DNA from: a virus
DNA: 64,000 bases
Direction: 5' to 3' (one strand)
Virus record (IMG/VR): IMGVR_UViG_3300043449_002292
Coordinates: 78,860 to 142,859 of that record
In this document: positions 36,890 through 46,861 of the stretch, piece after piece
Layout of the letters: every line of letters begins with the position of its first letter
Position numbering within the stretch: position 1 is the stretch's first letter
Notes under the pieces: model-generated
What the model was told of the DNA's origin: nothing
The model's input: only the letters and a program-made list of their open reading frames with translations
Database searches by the model: none
Position numbers and translations under genes: made by a program

Positions 36890-39189
36890 CAGTCCATCTT
36901 GATCCTGAAGAGGTAACGATCCTCGTCACGCTTCACGATCGGTTGGGCGAGGGTCGCACGCGCGACAACATTCAGGTTATCGTCGTGTAGGTTCACGCCG
37001 GTGATGATGACAGCGCCCATGTTGACATCATCCGGATCGTCCGATGCTCTCAACGGAATAAATGTTGGATTAGAGCTGGAGTTTATCTGGCCCGCAGCGC
37101 ATGGGACGGTGATCTCCATCACGTGAACCTGACGCTCGCCCCGTAAAGAAAGCTCAAACTGCTCCTTTCCGAATGGGTAGAGGGTCGGGTTCTTAACAAC
37201 TGCGATTCCCTCATCGTAAAGTATCGTTCCGACTCCTGCCCACTTCGCGTGTGGGGTCAGAGCATCAGCGCGGTATAGACCTCCAAGACCGTTATCCTTC
37301 AGCTTGATCTGGATCTGACCTCCAGAACCCGTGATGCTGGTGTCTGTGATCTCGAAGCTTCCTGGATGTATCCTACCTCCATAAAAAAGGTTGCTTGTAT
37401 CGAAGAAAACAACCTCGTTGGAAGAAGGATCACGTTGACGCTGAAATATGGTCAGAACTGATCCGATCTCGCTTCCGCTGGCGAGGTTATCAGGACCGAC
37501 ACCCTCAATCGCGCTTGAGATAGAGGACGGTAAGCTGTCATCGGAGGCTATCAGTCCTTTAAAGAGAGAAGAAGTTGGAAGTAGATCGTTTAAGCTGACG
37601 GCAGAAATCTCGAGGTTTCCAAAGTCATTGACGTATTTTGATAGTGAGGACGTCAGGCTGGGTTTAAAATCTAAGGATCCAGAGGACAGGATCTGGTAGT
37701 TTGGTCGAGTGAGACCGTTGTCGCAAGGTAGGACAGTTAGGTTACGCTTTACGAAAGACCCGGTTGCATACAGCAGGTTGTTAGCTTCCTGAAAGTCTGT
37801 CACGTTCCACGTAATCTCGGAGCCTGTCAGGTTGAAGAGAGTCGGATATATCCCTTGCACGAACTCCCTAACGAAATTGTCAACATTGATCTCATGCCCG
37901 CCGACCCCAAATGACATCGAGACGTTGAAAGCGTCCTGTGTGCTCTGCTGCGTTGTCTGGAACGGTGTAACAAAAACATCTCGCGTAGGAGATTCCTTGG
38001 TGAAGAGCACAGGAACGAAGAAGAGGAGATCTTCAGGAATGGTGCTTCCGACGCTATTGGACTGATAGTATGTTATCCCTTCGTCATCCAGGAATTTCTG
38101 CCAGATTCTAAATTCATGCGCTTCGGCCCTTAATGGGAAATTGAGAGTTCCGCTAGGGGTGAACCCGATGGGATCCGTTATAAATGTTGAAGTTCCGCCG
38201 AGGACTGGGTTCGGACCATCGTAAAAATTACCGATGAATAGCGCATCCTGATCCATCAGGGGTGAATTGTAGATCGGCGCAATCGAGCTGCTGCCGACGT
38301 TAAAGTATCCTCTCTCCACACCGTCAACCACGAATGAGCCCGTTCCGTTGTCATACTCGGGTGACCACCTCACAACAACGTGGTGCCAGCTGTTCAGGCT
38401 CAGGCAGTTATCATCAGAGAAAAATGTGTAATTTCCGGCGACCGCGTGATCAGGTCTAACTTCAGCAGATGCTGACAGCTGCAGCAGCAACCTGAACTTG
38501 TTCACCAGTCCCTCCTCATCGACAGATGAGCCAGAGCAAAGTGATAATGCGAACGTGGAGGAGAGGTGGTAGATGGTTCCAGGTTTGTAACCATCACTCG
38601 CGCTCGCGTTCTGGTACTTGGGATTTAGATAGCACTCCAGCGAGAACGCGGAATCAGGAGTGTAGGGACCGCGATCCCCAGACGTGATCTGATTATCGTA
38701 AACGATAACAGAGTCGCTGGGTAACCCGGAAGCGGTGAAAAAGTTCAAGCAGTTATAATTTGTGAAGTTCCAGTGGGCGTATGGGTTTTTGATTCGATAG
38801 TACGGAAATAGAATCTGCTTGATATTTGACTTTCGAAGGAAATCAGAGTTGAGGGAGAACGGTGGTTCGAAACGAAGAGATTCGACCTGTTTGTTCCGCG
38901 CTGATGATCTGGAAAGAGAATTTACGCCTGATAGGTAGCTCTCAAGCCCTGCCGTGAGATCAGAGCCCGTTGACATGACAAGCTCTGACCTAATAGATTC
39001 AGGATCATCGGTTGAAAATTCAGAGTCTACAAAAGCTGGTTTGTCGACTTCTTTCTCGATGTGCGATGATCTTGCAAAGACAGGGACTGATCCAGTCACA
39101 CCCTCCGAGGAGGACGAGAATGTTCTCCTCGGACGGGCTATGACGGAAAATTTCTCGAAGTTATCGCTGCTGAGAGCTACGATGGACAA
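36886..39189 (-). CDS. Baseplate/tail protein with LamG-like domain (767 aa)
   Basis: FSLECY, WHHVVVRW, FVVDG, EFRIW; C-terminal ITGVNLHDDNLNVVARATLAQPIVK. TTG start with GGAGG SD. Confidence 0.72.
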   Translation of the reverse strand: MSIVALSSDNFEKFSVIARPRRTFSSSSEGVTGSVPVFARSSHIEKEVDKPAFVDSEFSTDDPESIRSELVMSTGSDLTAGLESYLSGVNSLSRSSARNKQVESLRFEPPFSLNSDFLRKSNIKQILFPYYRIKNPYAHWNFTNYNCLNFFTASGLPSDSVIVYDNQITSGDRGPYTPDSAFSLECYLNPKYQNASASDGYKPGTIYHLSSTFALSLCSGSSVDEEGLVNKFRLLLQLSASAEVRPDHAVAGNYTFFSDDNCLSLNSWHHVVVRWSPEYDNGTGSFVVDGVERGYFNVGSSSIAPIYNSPLMDQDALFIGNFYDGPNPVLGGTSTFITDPIGFTPSGTLNFPLRAEAHEFRIWQKFLDDEGITYYQSNSVGSTIPEDLLFFVPVLFTKESPTRDVFVTPFQTTQQSTQDAFNVSMSFGVGGHEINVDNFVREFVQGIYPTLFNLTGSEITWNVTDFQEANNLLYATGSFVKRNLTVLPCDNGLTRPNYQILSSGSLDFKPSLTSSLSKYVNDFGNLEISAVSLNDLLPTSSLFKGLIASDDSLPSSISSAIEGVGPDNLASGSEIGSVLTIFQRQRDPSSNEVVFFDTSNLFYGGRIHPGSFEITDTSITGSGGQIQIKLKDNGLGGLYRADALTPHAKWAGVGTILYDEGIAVVKNPTLYPFGKEQFELSLRGERQVHVMEITVPCAAGQINSSSNPTFIPLRASDDPDDVNMGAVIITGVNLHDDNLNVVARATLAQPIVKRDEDRYLFRIKMDW

Positions 39190-39200
39190 CCACCACCTCC

Positions 39201-40505
39201 TTAGAAATCGAGGCGGACGCGCACTGTCAGATCTTTCTCGTCGTTCTTCTCTATCGGTCTCGACATCTTGGCGACTGCGAGCAGATTGTCATTCGCATCG
39301 TAAAGTCCGACCGTCGTGACGAATGAGAACGCCTTCTGCTGGTCCTGTCCCTCATCGATAACAGTGATTCTGCCGTCAGACTCGATGTATGTTGGGTTTG
39401 AAGAGTAGTTAAACTCGTCAGCGGTCGCGCGGCAGAAGAGCAGCGTGCTGTTGATGTTAGTGACATTCTGGAAGGTGATCGCGGTATTCGACCCTGAGCT
39501 GAAGCGACAGGATGCAATATGATCAACGATATCATCGATGCTGCCCGACGTGAGGAAGTCAGGGATGAATCTTGCCGCCGGATTTGATCCGTAGGCAGTC
39601 TGCAGAGAGCTACCAGATCCGATGATCGTCTCGTTTGTCGCAAGTCCTGAAACACTTGGATTACCAACAACCGATGAGATCGCGCCGGACACATGCTGAT
39701 CACCCCACATGATCTTGGATAGATCAAGAACCGCAGTTCCTGCATCGTAGAACATTAGTCCGACCTTCGATGCAGTGTTCGAAGCGTCCACGATTTCACC
39801 GACCTCACCGCCGTATGTTGAACGCTTGCTGCTCGCAGAGCCAACATCGGTGAATATTGCAGATCCAGACGTCGAGGTGCGAAACAGATTGCTTCCTGTG
39901 TAAGTTGTCAGGGCTGCCGTGATAGCATTCTCTTGCGTCGATCTATCAGCAGCGGGGGCTCCATCAACGACGCCTGTGGTGTAGAACCTCATCGCAAAAG
40001 TCTCACGCTTGATCGAGTCACGAGCGAAGAGTCGCTTAAAATTTAGGAACAGGGCGTTATCAATACGATCGGTCGACGTGCTGGCCGGATCCGTATCGAT
40101 GACAAATGGACTGTAGAAAGCCTGGTTCGCATCTCCGAGAAGCTTCGCAGCGTGCTGACGGTAGACGTCTATCTTCTCGCGCATCTGCAGCGATGAGCTT
40201 GGAAAGAGGAGCTTTCCCGCAGTGTCCTCACCGAGTTTGATATTCTGAACCGTTGACCCGCTGTACCACAACCCAACGCTCATATCGAACATTGGGTTCG
40301 CGGTCTGAAGGGTGTAATCCTGGTCGTACACGGTCTGGAAGAGTGAGGCTGTCACGGACGTTGCACCCGATCCGGTGACGAATACCTGGTATGATCGTCG
40401 TGTAGTTGATCCTGACACGTCCTCTTGTATCATGTCAACGAGCTGATTTAACGCAGACCTGCTGGATTTGATGTCTGCTGGTGAGATGTCCTTGTAAGTT
40501 GCCAT
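39201..40505 (-). CDS. Baseplate/tail structural protein (434 aa)
   Basis: C-terminus EFNYSSNPT...TTVGLYDANDNLLAVAKMSRPIEK is paralogous to the downstream gene. Confidence 0.72.
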   Translation of the reverse strand: MATYKDISPADIKSSRSALNQLVDMIQEDVSGSTTRRSYQVFVTGSGATSVTASLFQTVYDQDYTLQTANPMFDMSVGLWYSGSTVQNIKLGEDTAGKLLFPSSSLQMREKIDVYRQHAAKLLGDANQAFYSPFVIDTDPASTSTDRIDNALFLNFKRLFARDSIKRETFAMRFYTTGVVDGAPAADRSTQENAITAALTTYTGSNLFRTSTSGSAIFTDVGSASSKRSTYGGEVGEIVDASNTASKVGLMFYDAGTAVLDLSKIMWGDQHVSGAISSVVGNPSVSGLATNETIIGSGSSLQTAYGSNPAARFIPDFLTSGSIDDIVDHIASCRFSSGSNTAITFQNVTNINSTLLFCRATADEFNYSSNPTYIESDGRITVIDEGQDQQKAFSFVTTVGLYDANDNLLAVAKMSRPIEKNDEKDLTVRVRLDF

Positions 40506-40551
40506 TTTATTCCTTGCCTGAGATTTTCTCAGGAGATATCAACTAACTTGT

Positions 40552-41256
40552 TTAGGTCTTAGCGATCCTGACCTCGAACTCTGCAACAGTTCCAGATTGC
40601 ATTCCCGTGATGCTCACGTTCGTCCCAATATAGGAATCGGAACTGTCGTTATAGATCTCAAACTGCGTGGTTGATATGGTCCTAACGGACAGCGAGAAGG
40701 AGAGGTTCGATCCGCCTGTCGTTGATGACGTTCCGGTGGCTGCGAGCACGTATGTTGCGATACCATCGCGATCGACAGAATCAGGTGTGAATCCTGAAAT
40801 AGCCAGGAATTGATTCTTCACCTTAACCGTGAAAGCTTGATCACGAAGCTCAGGATCAACCAACGTGAGGCCGCCTGAAGTCTGCGTCAAAGTTACAGTA
40901 GTAGATCCAGTTCTCGATAGATTTAGCAGCTTGCTAGTTGTAAGTGGTGCAGGTGTTGAAACTAACGTTGAGCTGGGAAGATACCTAAGATACGGGTTCG
41001 AGACAGACACGGATCTATACTTTAACGCTAGGTTCGCGCTCGTCTGAGCCTCGAAAACAGGTGTGTTCTTCTCGATCTTCTCCTTTCCGACAGTTCTTCC
41101 GAACTTGGGAATCATCGTGTAGTCGACCTCATCGTCCCCCAGCGCAAACTTCACGATAGAGAAGCTTCCGTCATTTCTTGAAAGGAACTGCCTGCCGATG
41201 TCGGTGAGAACAGCGTCCACGATGATGTTATTGGTTGAATGATCCAGATATCCCAT
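40552..41256 (-). CDS. Baseplate/tail structural protein (234 aa)
   Basis: N-terminal VLTDIGRQFLS...KFALGDDEVDY resembles a tail-collar fibre N-terminus. Confidence 0.7.
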   Translation of the reverse strand: MGYLDHSTNNIIVDAVLTDIGRQFLSRNDGSFSIVKFALGDDEVDYTMIPKFGRTVGKEKIEKNTPVFEAQTSANLALKYRSVSVSNPYLRYLPSSTLVSTPAPLTTSKLLNLSRTGSTTVTLTQTSGGLTLVDPELRDQAFTVKVKNQFLAISGFTPDSVDRDGIATYVLAATGTSSTTGGSNLSFSLSVRTISTTQFEIYNDSSDSYIGTNVSITGMQSGTVAEFEVRIAKT

Positions 41257-41282
41257 GTTTTACCCTAAGTTAGATATTAATT

Positions 41283-41328
41283 TTTCAAGTCGATTCTTAA
41301 AATTTTCTCCAAGATCTCGAGCTTGAAA
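41283..41328 (-). promoter_or_regulatory. Long imperfect intergenic RNA hairpin
   Basis: UUUCAAG(C)UCGA(GA)UCUUGGAG-AAAA-UUUUAAGA(A)UCGACUUGAAA; three G-U pairs form only on the coding strand. Confidence 0.5.
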
Positions 41329-43050
41329 TTACGTCGTCGTTACGTTCCTCAAATCCTCTATCTTCACGTCAACATTGGACTGCTGCTGAAGATCAGTATT
41401 AAGTAGGACGAAACGGTAAAGTCCGTTTCTGTTTGTTGTCTTAATCAGTTGCAAATCTGTTCCCTTGCTATCTTTAACGGTTAAGTATTCGGGGTCGAAA
41501 TACACTCTCATCGCTCGGGCTTCAGAAGATTTTACGCTGTCGAGACTCAGCTCGGCTTCCAGAAAATTATTAGGATATTGCTTTGGAGCGTTTCCCGGTG
41601 AGATCCTCTTCCTTATTAGCTTATTCTGCACTCTGTCGAAAGATATGAGAAATTGCGCGCTGTAGTTCGACGTGAGAGCATGAGCATCGACGGAAACGAT
41701 CGAGTAGATGTATTTTGAGTCCTTGTCAAACTCAGAGTCAACGTATGAATTTCTCGGACCATCGAGCGTCGTGATAAGATCGGGATCGACCGTCTCAGTT
41801 GAAGGAGTCTTAATGACGGAATCATCAAAAGTGATCTGGGATATTAGGCTGAATGGTTCATCTATCGATGATCTTCTGAAAATCTGCCATCCCTTTATGT
41901 CAAGTTGAGTGTTGGTTGGATAGGCCCAGCTAATCTGGAGCAAGAGGTTCTCATAGTCCCAATGAAAATTGATATCGAAGGGAGGGTCTGGAGGTATGTA
42001 CTCCTCGGTTATAACAGCTGCGAATGTTGATGGCCTTGATGAGAATAAAAAGCGCGACAGCTGCATCTGACCTGTATCTGCGCTGATCGTGGTGTTGTAT
42101 GTCGATATCAATGTTCTAATGCTGTAGGCATACTGTATTCCGTATCGAACCTCAGTATCAACGTATGTGCAGATGCTAGGGTTGTTGATGTAGAATGTTC
42201 TCTTATTTTTGACAGCATCATCAACGACCTCGTATCTTTCGATGATGTATCCGTGATGCTCAACATTTCGAAGATCGTATGTGGTGATAATCGAGAAATC
42301 CCCAACAGATGGAAGCTCAGGATCCAACTCATCGACTGTTGGTCCCCGGTTGCTCCTCCTTCTTGATCTTGCCGTGATCGCTTTCGAGTTTCTCTTAACG
42401 ATCAGCGCTGCCGAAGAAACTGGTGACAGCGACGCTTCCCGTGATGAATCTGACAAATAGTAGTTGTCTATCATCATCGCGAGCTGCTCCTCAGCAGCAG
42501 CGTCTGTCGGTTCTATCTCAACACCGTTCTTAAAGAAAACTTTCCTGCTCTGGGATGCTAGGCTCAAATAGCGTTGTATGATGTCACCGTCGCTTGTGAT
42601 CGAGGTGACAGCGTTCAAACGGGCTGCCGTGTCGGTGGCTGATCCCGATGGCAGGCCCCTGACCCGCGCCGAGGCCTCGAACCTCTCACCGACCCTATTC
42701 CTAAAGTCAATGTCCTGAAAGTAGAGAATGGTCGCATCCGATGTGATGCTTGACTCATTCGAGATATTTTCGACATTTTGTCTGATGAACTCATCGCTGA
42801 CAGGAACGTTGGTCGAACGAACAGGATCAAACTGGATCCCGGTCCAGCTCAGCCTCACATATCTAGGAATCCTTTCTAGGGTATCGTTGGGTGTCAGCCC
42901 AGTAATCGGACGTTTAGATTTCGGAGCGTCATCGTTGATTCTCTCATCAGGAACGAAAAAGTTGTACACGAACCTAACGTCAGGTTTATCAGGAACAGGA
43001 ATGTCCAGCAGCTGAAAAGCTCGGCTGATGTATGTCGAATCATAACTCAT
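41329..43050 (-). CDS. Structural protein with FN3/Ig-like beta domains (573 aa)
   Basis: GYIIER...YVDTEV..G.QYAYSI and ISW...GWQIFRR...YVD...YIYSI patterns. Confidence 0.62.
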   Translation of the reverse strand: MSYDSTYISRAFQLLDIPVPDKPDVRFVYNFFVPDERINDDAPKSKRPITGLTPNDTLERIPRYVRLSWTGIQFDPVRSTNVPVSDEFIRQNVENISNESSITSDATILYFQDIDFRNRVGERFEASARVRGLPSGSATDTAARLNAVTSITSDGDIIQRYLSLASQSRKVFFKNGVEIEPTDAAAEEQLAMMIDNYYLSDSSREASLSPVSSAALIVKRNSKAITARSRRRSNRGPTVDELDPELPSVGDFSIITTYDLRNVEHHGYIIERYEVVDDAVKNKRTFYINNPSICTYVDTEVRYGIQYAYSIRTLISTYNTTISADTGQMQLSRFLFSSRPSTFAAVITEEYIPPDPPFDINFHWDYENLLLQISWAYPTNTQLDIKGWQIFRRSSIDEPFSLISQITFDDSVIKTPSTETVDPDLITTLDGPRNSYVDSEFDKDSKYIYSIVSVDAHALTSNYSAQFLISFDRVQNKLIRKRISPGNAPKQYPNNFLEAELSLDSVKSSEARAMRVYFDPEYLTVKDSKGTDLQLIKTTNRNGLYRFVLLNTDLQQQSNVDVKIEDLRNVTTT

Positions 43051-43099
43051 AATAACACCCTACTAGTTTCCACGAACGGCAGTTTCATTATGGTAGCAA

Positions 43100-46000
43100 C
43101 TAATACATGCTAGCTAGGTGAAGTGAAGCTTGGCAGCAGACATTTCCGATAGATACACCGCCATTTATCGGGTCGCGATTGATGACGATAGAAATTTCAC
43201 CAGAATCAGACACTTCCACCCAACCCTTTTCGATCAGGGATGTAACCATATCTGTAGCGAGACCCCCACTGTCTGTTTCACTACGCCCCAGATCGATCTT
43301 GAATTCGTCCAGGTCGAAAGGGATCAGGAAGACCCTATCAAAATTTGACGGGAGTATCGCTCTATTGAGAACTGTGTCGTTTCTCATTAAGAACGAAGAC
43401 GAAATTGCGTCGATAAGCTCCTTGTCTCCTGTCGTTATGCCCTCAACCTTTTTTAGATGATCAACCTCTCCGTTGCTGTTGAATATCTGATCCAACTGAT
43501 CCGAGTTTGGAAGAACCAAACCTGCTAGTCCTAACGCGGACGAAGTTTTCAGAGCAGCTCGTCCGGCATCGGAAGTAGAATCGTTAAATCTGATCGTCAG
43601 TGTTTCATCGAAAATCTTTCCACTCAGCTTGTAGAGGTAAGTCTCCATCATGTAGCTTAAAAACGTGTTTCTCACGATCTGGTCAAACTCAGTGTCAGTG
43701 ATTGAGGAGTATCTCGAATCAGATTTCAAAGCGTCATATCTAAGCACCTGCTTCACGTCCCGTGAGTAAAGAACGAAGTTAGCTTTACGCGCTAGAGACG
43801 TGATGTAATCATCGGCGACAAAAGACAAACGCTCTAAATTATTTGAGAACCCACCCGGTTGTATGAATAGTCTTGGATCAAAGATATATGTCTTCGGTGA
43901 GAAAGAAATGTCACTGAGCTCGTAATCCTTACGATGTAGATCTATTTTAACCATACCGGAAGTTCCTGGTCGTAATGAGCTCGGCAAAAAACCTGCAGGA
44001 ATTCCAACGGCAGCGATCCTGATGTTCTCTGCCTCTCTAGTCGCGAATGTTGATGACTGAAGGAGCAAATCAAAAACAGATGATTCGCTCGAATAGTAAG
44101 ATGCTCTAGCTGGTACGTATCCCTTCGATGTCTGCGGCCTATACTTATCAAGCATTGAACGACGTCGGATGATCTGCTGCGTCGTCAGATCGGACAGCAT
44201 CTTGTAACCGTCCTCCGTCTTTATAACATCGCTCCTTGTTGAAGAAGAGACAAGATCGTTGGTGATGGTTACAAGCTCGTCCTTCGATTTCGAAAGCAGG
44301 CTTAAATAAGATGACATGTAGGCCGCGCTGTTTCGAACCTTTTCGTGCCTACCCATCAACGTGACAAAAGCGCTATAGGGTTCTGCATATGATGAGGGGG
44401 CAATATCACTCGTAGCGTAGTTGTCTCCAATAACATATTCTAAACCGCTTTGTAAACTTCCAATATCTGCAAGCGAATAGCTATCGAGAGAAATACCATC
44501 CGCCATGACGTTATCTTCAACTGTTATCGGGATGTTCGTTCCTTCCGCATTTGTCTCGACGACTGTCCGTGCTTCTGTAGTTGAGACGGTTCCAGACGTT
44601 AGGAAGGGAGTTCCAAGAAGACCAGCGAGCCTCACGAAGCATTCGACAATTAACGAGAGCAGAGCAAATTCATCCAGACCGATGTATTTTGTGTATCCTG
44701 CGCTGTTTGTAATCGTCGCATCAGCTGGTAATCTTTCAGTGGCTGCGCTCAGGATCTGGTCATATGCATTTAAGATGTAATTAAACACATTGTCGGAAGA
44801 GCTAGTCTGCACAGTTTCAAATATGCTCTTAATCGTGTTAGGGTCTGTGACAACGTTATTAGACACCGTCTGCAAAAGATCATCGATAGCTTGCTTACCT
44901 CGTAGAACAGCTTCAAACGCTTGTTTAGCGCGCTTAAATTTATCTTTTGTAAATCTACCTTGCTGAACTGTGTCATACTCGTTTACTATTTTCTCAATGT
45001 CCGACGTCGAAGCGTTGATGATGCTATTTTTTATGCTTTCTATGTTGCTTTCTCTAAATTTGCTCTTATCAAGATTGTGGTTGTTCGGAGTATCAACGTC
45101 AATATAAAGATCGATAAACGCTGTAAGATCATTAACGTCAAGGTCTACGATCTCTTCCGCAGCAACTTCTGCGTATTCAGCAATTGTTTGTTCAAGATCT
45201 GCGACTTGATCATAGTAAGCTGTCGCGGCACCAGAATCTCCCGTTGTGTTGAAAAATAAAAGTGCAAAAAATCCAGCTGCAACGTTCGTTTCAGTTGGTG
45301 AGTTTGATGCTCTGCGTCCAACCACACGCTCCACGACAGCAGCCGATTTATCCTCGATCTGAATCGTGGTTGGAGATGCGCTGGCTTGTAATACTGAACT
45401 GTTCTCCGAGGTTCTGGTGGTCAGTAACGTCACTTTCCCAGTCTCGCTACCTGAGGCGCCGAGGACTCCTAAGGTTTCATACCACTTTAACCTACCAACA
45501 GTTTGTAGAATGAGTTGACGTAGATTAGCGCCGTTATTTTCAAATCCTTCACCGACGTATTCAGCATCGTTATATGCTGCAAGTGTTAACGCCGCGAATT
45601 GAAATTTTGTGCTATCGGAAGCGGTCGCTGTTTTTGTCGCATTTATGAACTGATTAACTATAATTCGAAGTATCTCAGGAGGTGAGACCTGACTGCTGGT
45701 ATCGAAACGACCAGTTATATGAGTTAAGAACTTAGTTATTGTTCCAAAATTTTTTACTGTCGTTTGGCAGTATGAATCCAGGTCCGTGAAGTTGAGATCT
45801 CCCTCGGAAATTGGTTTTCTTACAAGACCTCTGGGTCCCGAAAGACATATTCGACCCGCGCCGTCGCGCACGGTTGGATCATCTGTTTCAAGTGGAAGAA
45901 CGGTCTTATCGCTAAGATGATACTGCAGAAATGGAAGCGAGATTGCTCTAGAAGCTGAAAGATCGGAGATCTTCTTATAGAATGGAAAGCCATCAGACAA

Positions 46001-46861
46001 TTTGGTTCCGTAAAAGATCGTCACAGGGTTCGAGATATCGAAAGCAACTTCATCGTTGATATCATCCTGCTCGACAAGAGCAGCACCTGATGAAACAGCC
46101 ATGATCCTCGATATTATCTCCGAGCATGCCACCAGCTTTTCATTGACGGTGGACCCAAGCTTATCAATTTCGGACCATGGGTGATTCGTGTTAAGGTCGG
46201 TCTTTAAGTAATTGACCAAGCTTTCGTAATCATCAGAAAAAAGTATGTTCGATCGAAACGATTCAATAAAAGTCTGGACAATCTCTGTGTTGCTAAACGA
46301 TGATGTGTCTTCATTGTAAATTGATGAGACGGTGAAGCTAGCCTGCGATGGATCCCTCTCATACGATCTTGTGCCAATCTCCTGGAGGAACTCAACTGCC
46401 GCGCTTGCGATATTTTCGTCGTCCCTCTTAAAATTCATTGAAGACTCTACGGCTTCAACAGCATTGAGAAACGATGCAAGATCGAGCATGAGATCGTCCG
46501 CATCTGCCACGCTAGCATCGACGGAATCCTTCAGGCTGGTCCACTCTCCCGTCGAATCATTGTCGATACACTTCTGGATCACATACGCTGCATCCTCCGT
46601 GTTAAGTGAATGGCACGTCTCGAGAACTTCAAAGTAATTTCCGTATTCGGTCTTATTGGTCCCGCTACCATCACCGTTAGAATCGTACAATCTATTGAAA
46701 TCAATCACGGCCACCAGCTCAGTGCTAGGGGAACCATCGGTGGCTGTGAAAGCCTCCGAACTATCAGTGCCAGTGCCCTCACCCGTCGCTGCCAAAAGAG
46801 CTGCGGTTGATGTTTCATTTGAAACACTTCTTACCGAAAAGCTGGATTGAATAACTGCCAT
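43100..46861 (-). CDS. Large hypothetical (probable virion) protein (1253 aa)
   Basis: Long acidic ORF within the baseplate cluster, abutting the upstream stop; no recognised motif. Confidence 0.7.
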   Translation of the reverse strand: MAVIQSSFSVRSVSNETSTAALLAATGEGTGTDSSEAFTATDGSPSTELVAVIDFNRLYDSNGDGSGTNKTEYGNYFEVLETCHSLNTEDAAYVIQKCIDNDSTGEWTSLKDSVDASVADADDLMLDLASFLNAVEAVESSMNFKRDDENIASAAVEFLQEIGTRSYERDPSQASFTVSSIYNEDTSSFSNTEIVQTFIESFRSNILFSDDYESLVNYLKTDLNTNHPWSEIDKLGSTVNEKLVACSEIISRIMAVSSGAALVEQDDINDEVAFDISNPVTIFYGTKLSDGFPFYKKISDLSASRAISLPFLQYHLSDKTVLPLETDDPTVRDGAGRICLSGPRGLVRKPISEGDLNFTDLDSYCQTTVKNFGTITKFLTHITGRFDTSSQVSPPEILRIIVNQFINATKTATASDSTKFQFAALTLAAYNDAEYVGEGFENNGANLRQLILQTVGRLKWYETLGVLGASGSETGKVTLLTTRTSENSSVLQASASPTTIQIEDKSAAVVERVVGRRASNSPTETNVAAGFFALLFFNTTGDSGAATAYYDQVADLEQTIAEYAEVAAEEIVDLDVNDLTAFIDLYIDVDTPNNHNLDKSKFRESNIESIKNSIINASTSDIEKIVNEYDTVQQGRFTKDKFKRAKQAFEAVLRGKQAIDDLLQTVSNNVVTDPNTIKSIFETVQTSSSDNVFNYILNAYDQILSAATERLPADATITNSAGYTKYIGLDEFALLSLIVECFVRLAGLLGTPFLTSGTVSTTEARTVVETNAEGTNIPITVEDNVMADGISLDSYSLADIGSLQSGLEYVIGDNYATSDIAPSSYAEPYSAFVTLMGRHEKVRNSAAYMSSYLSLLSKSKDELVTITNDLVSSSTRSDVIKTEDGYKMLSDLTTQQIIRRRSMLDKYRPQTSKGYVPARASYYSSESSVFDLLLQSSTFATREAENIRIAAVGIPAGFLPSSLRPGTSGMVKIDLHRKDYELSDISFSPKTYIFDPRLFIQPGGFSNNLERLSFVADDYITSLARKANFVLYSRDVKQVLRYDALKSDSRYSSITDTEFDQIVRNTFLSYMMETYLYKLSGKIFDETLTIRFNDSTSDAGRAALKTSSALGLAGLVLPNSDQLDQIFNSNGEVDHLKKVEGITTGDKELIDAISSSFLMRNDTVLNRAILPSNFDRVFLIPFDLDEFKIDLGRSETDSGGLATDMVTSLIEKGWVEVSDSGEISIVINRDPINGGVSIGNVCCQASLHLASMY

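Noticed and set aside
40517-40533. 7-bp hairpin CCTGAGA/TCTCAGG next to an SD
   Set aside because: Short, no U tail and does not cover the SD; could occur by chance.
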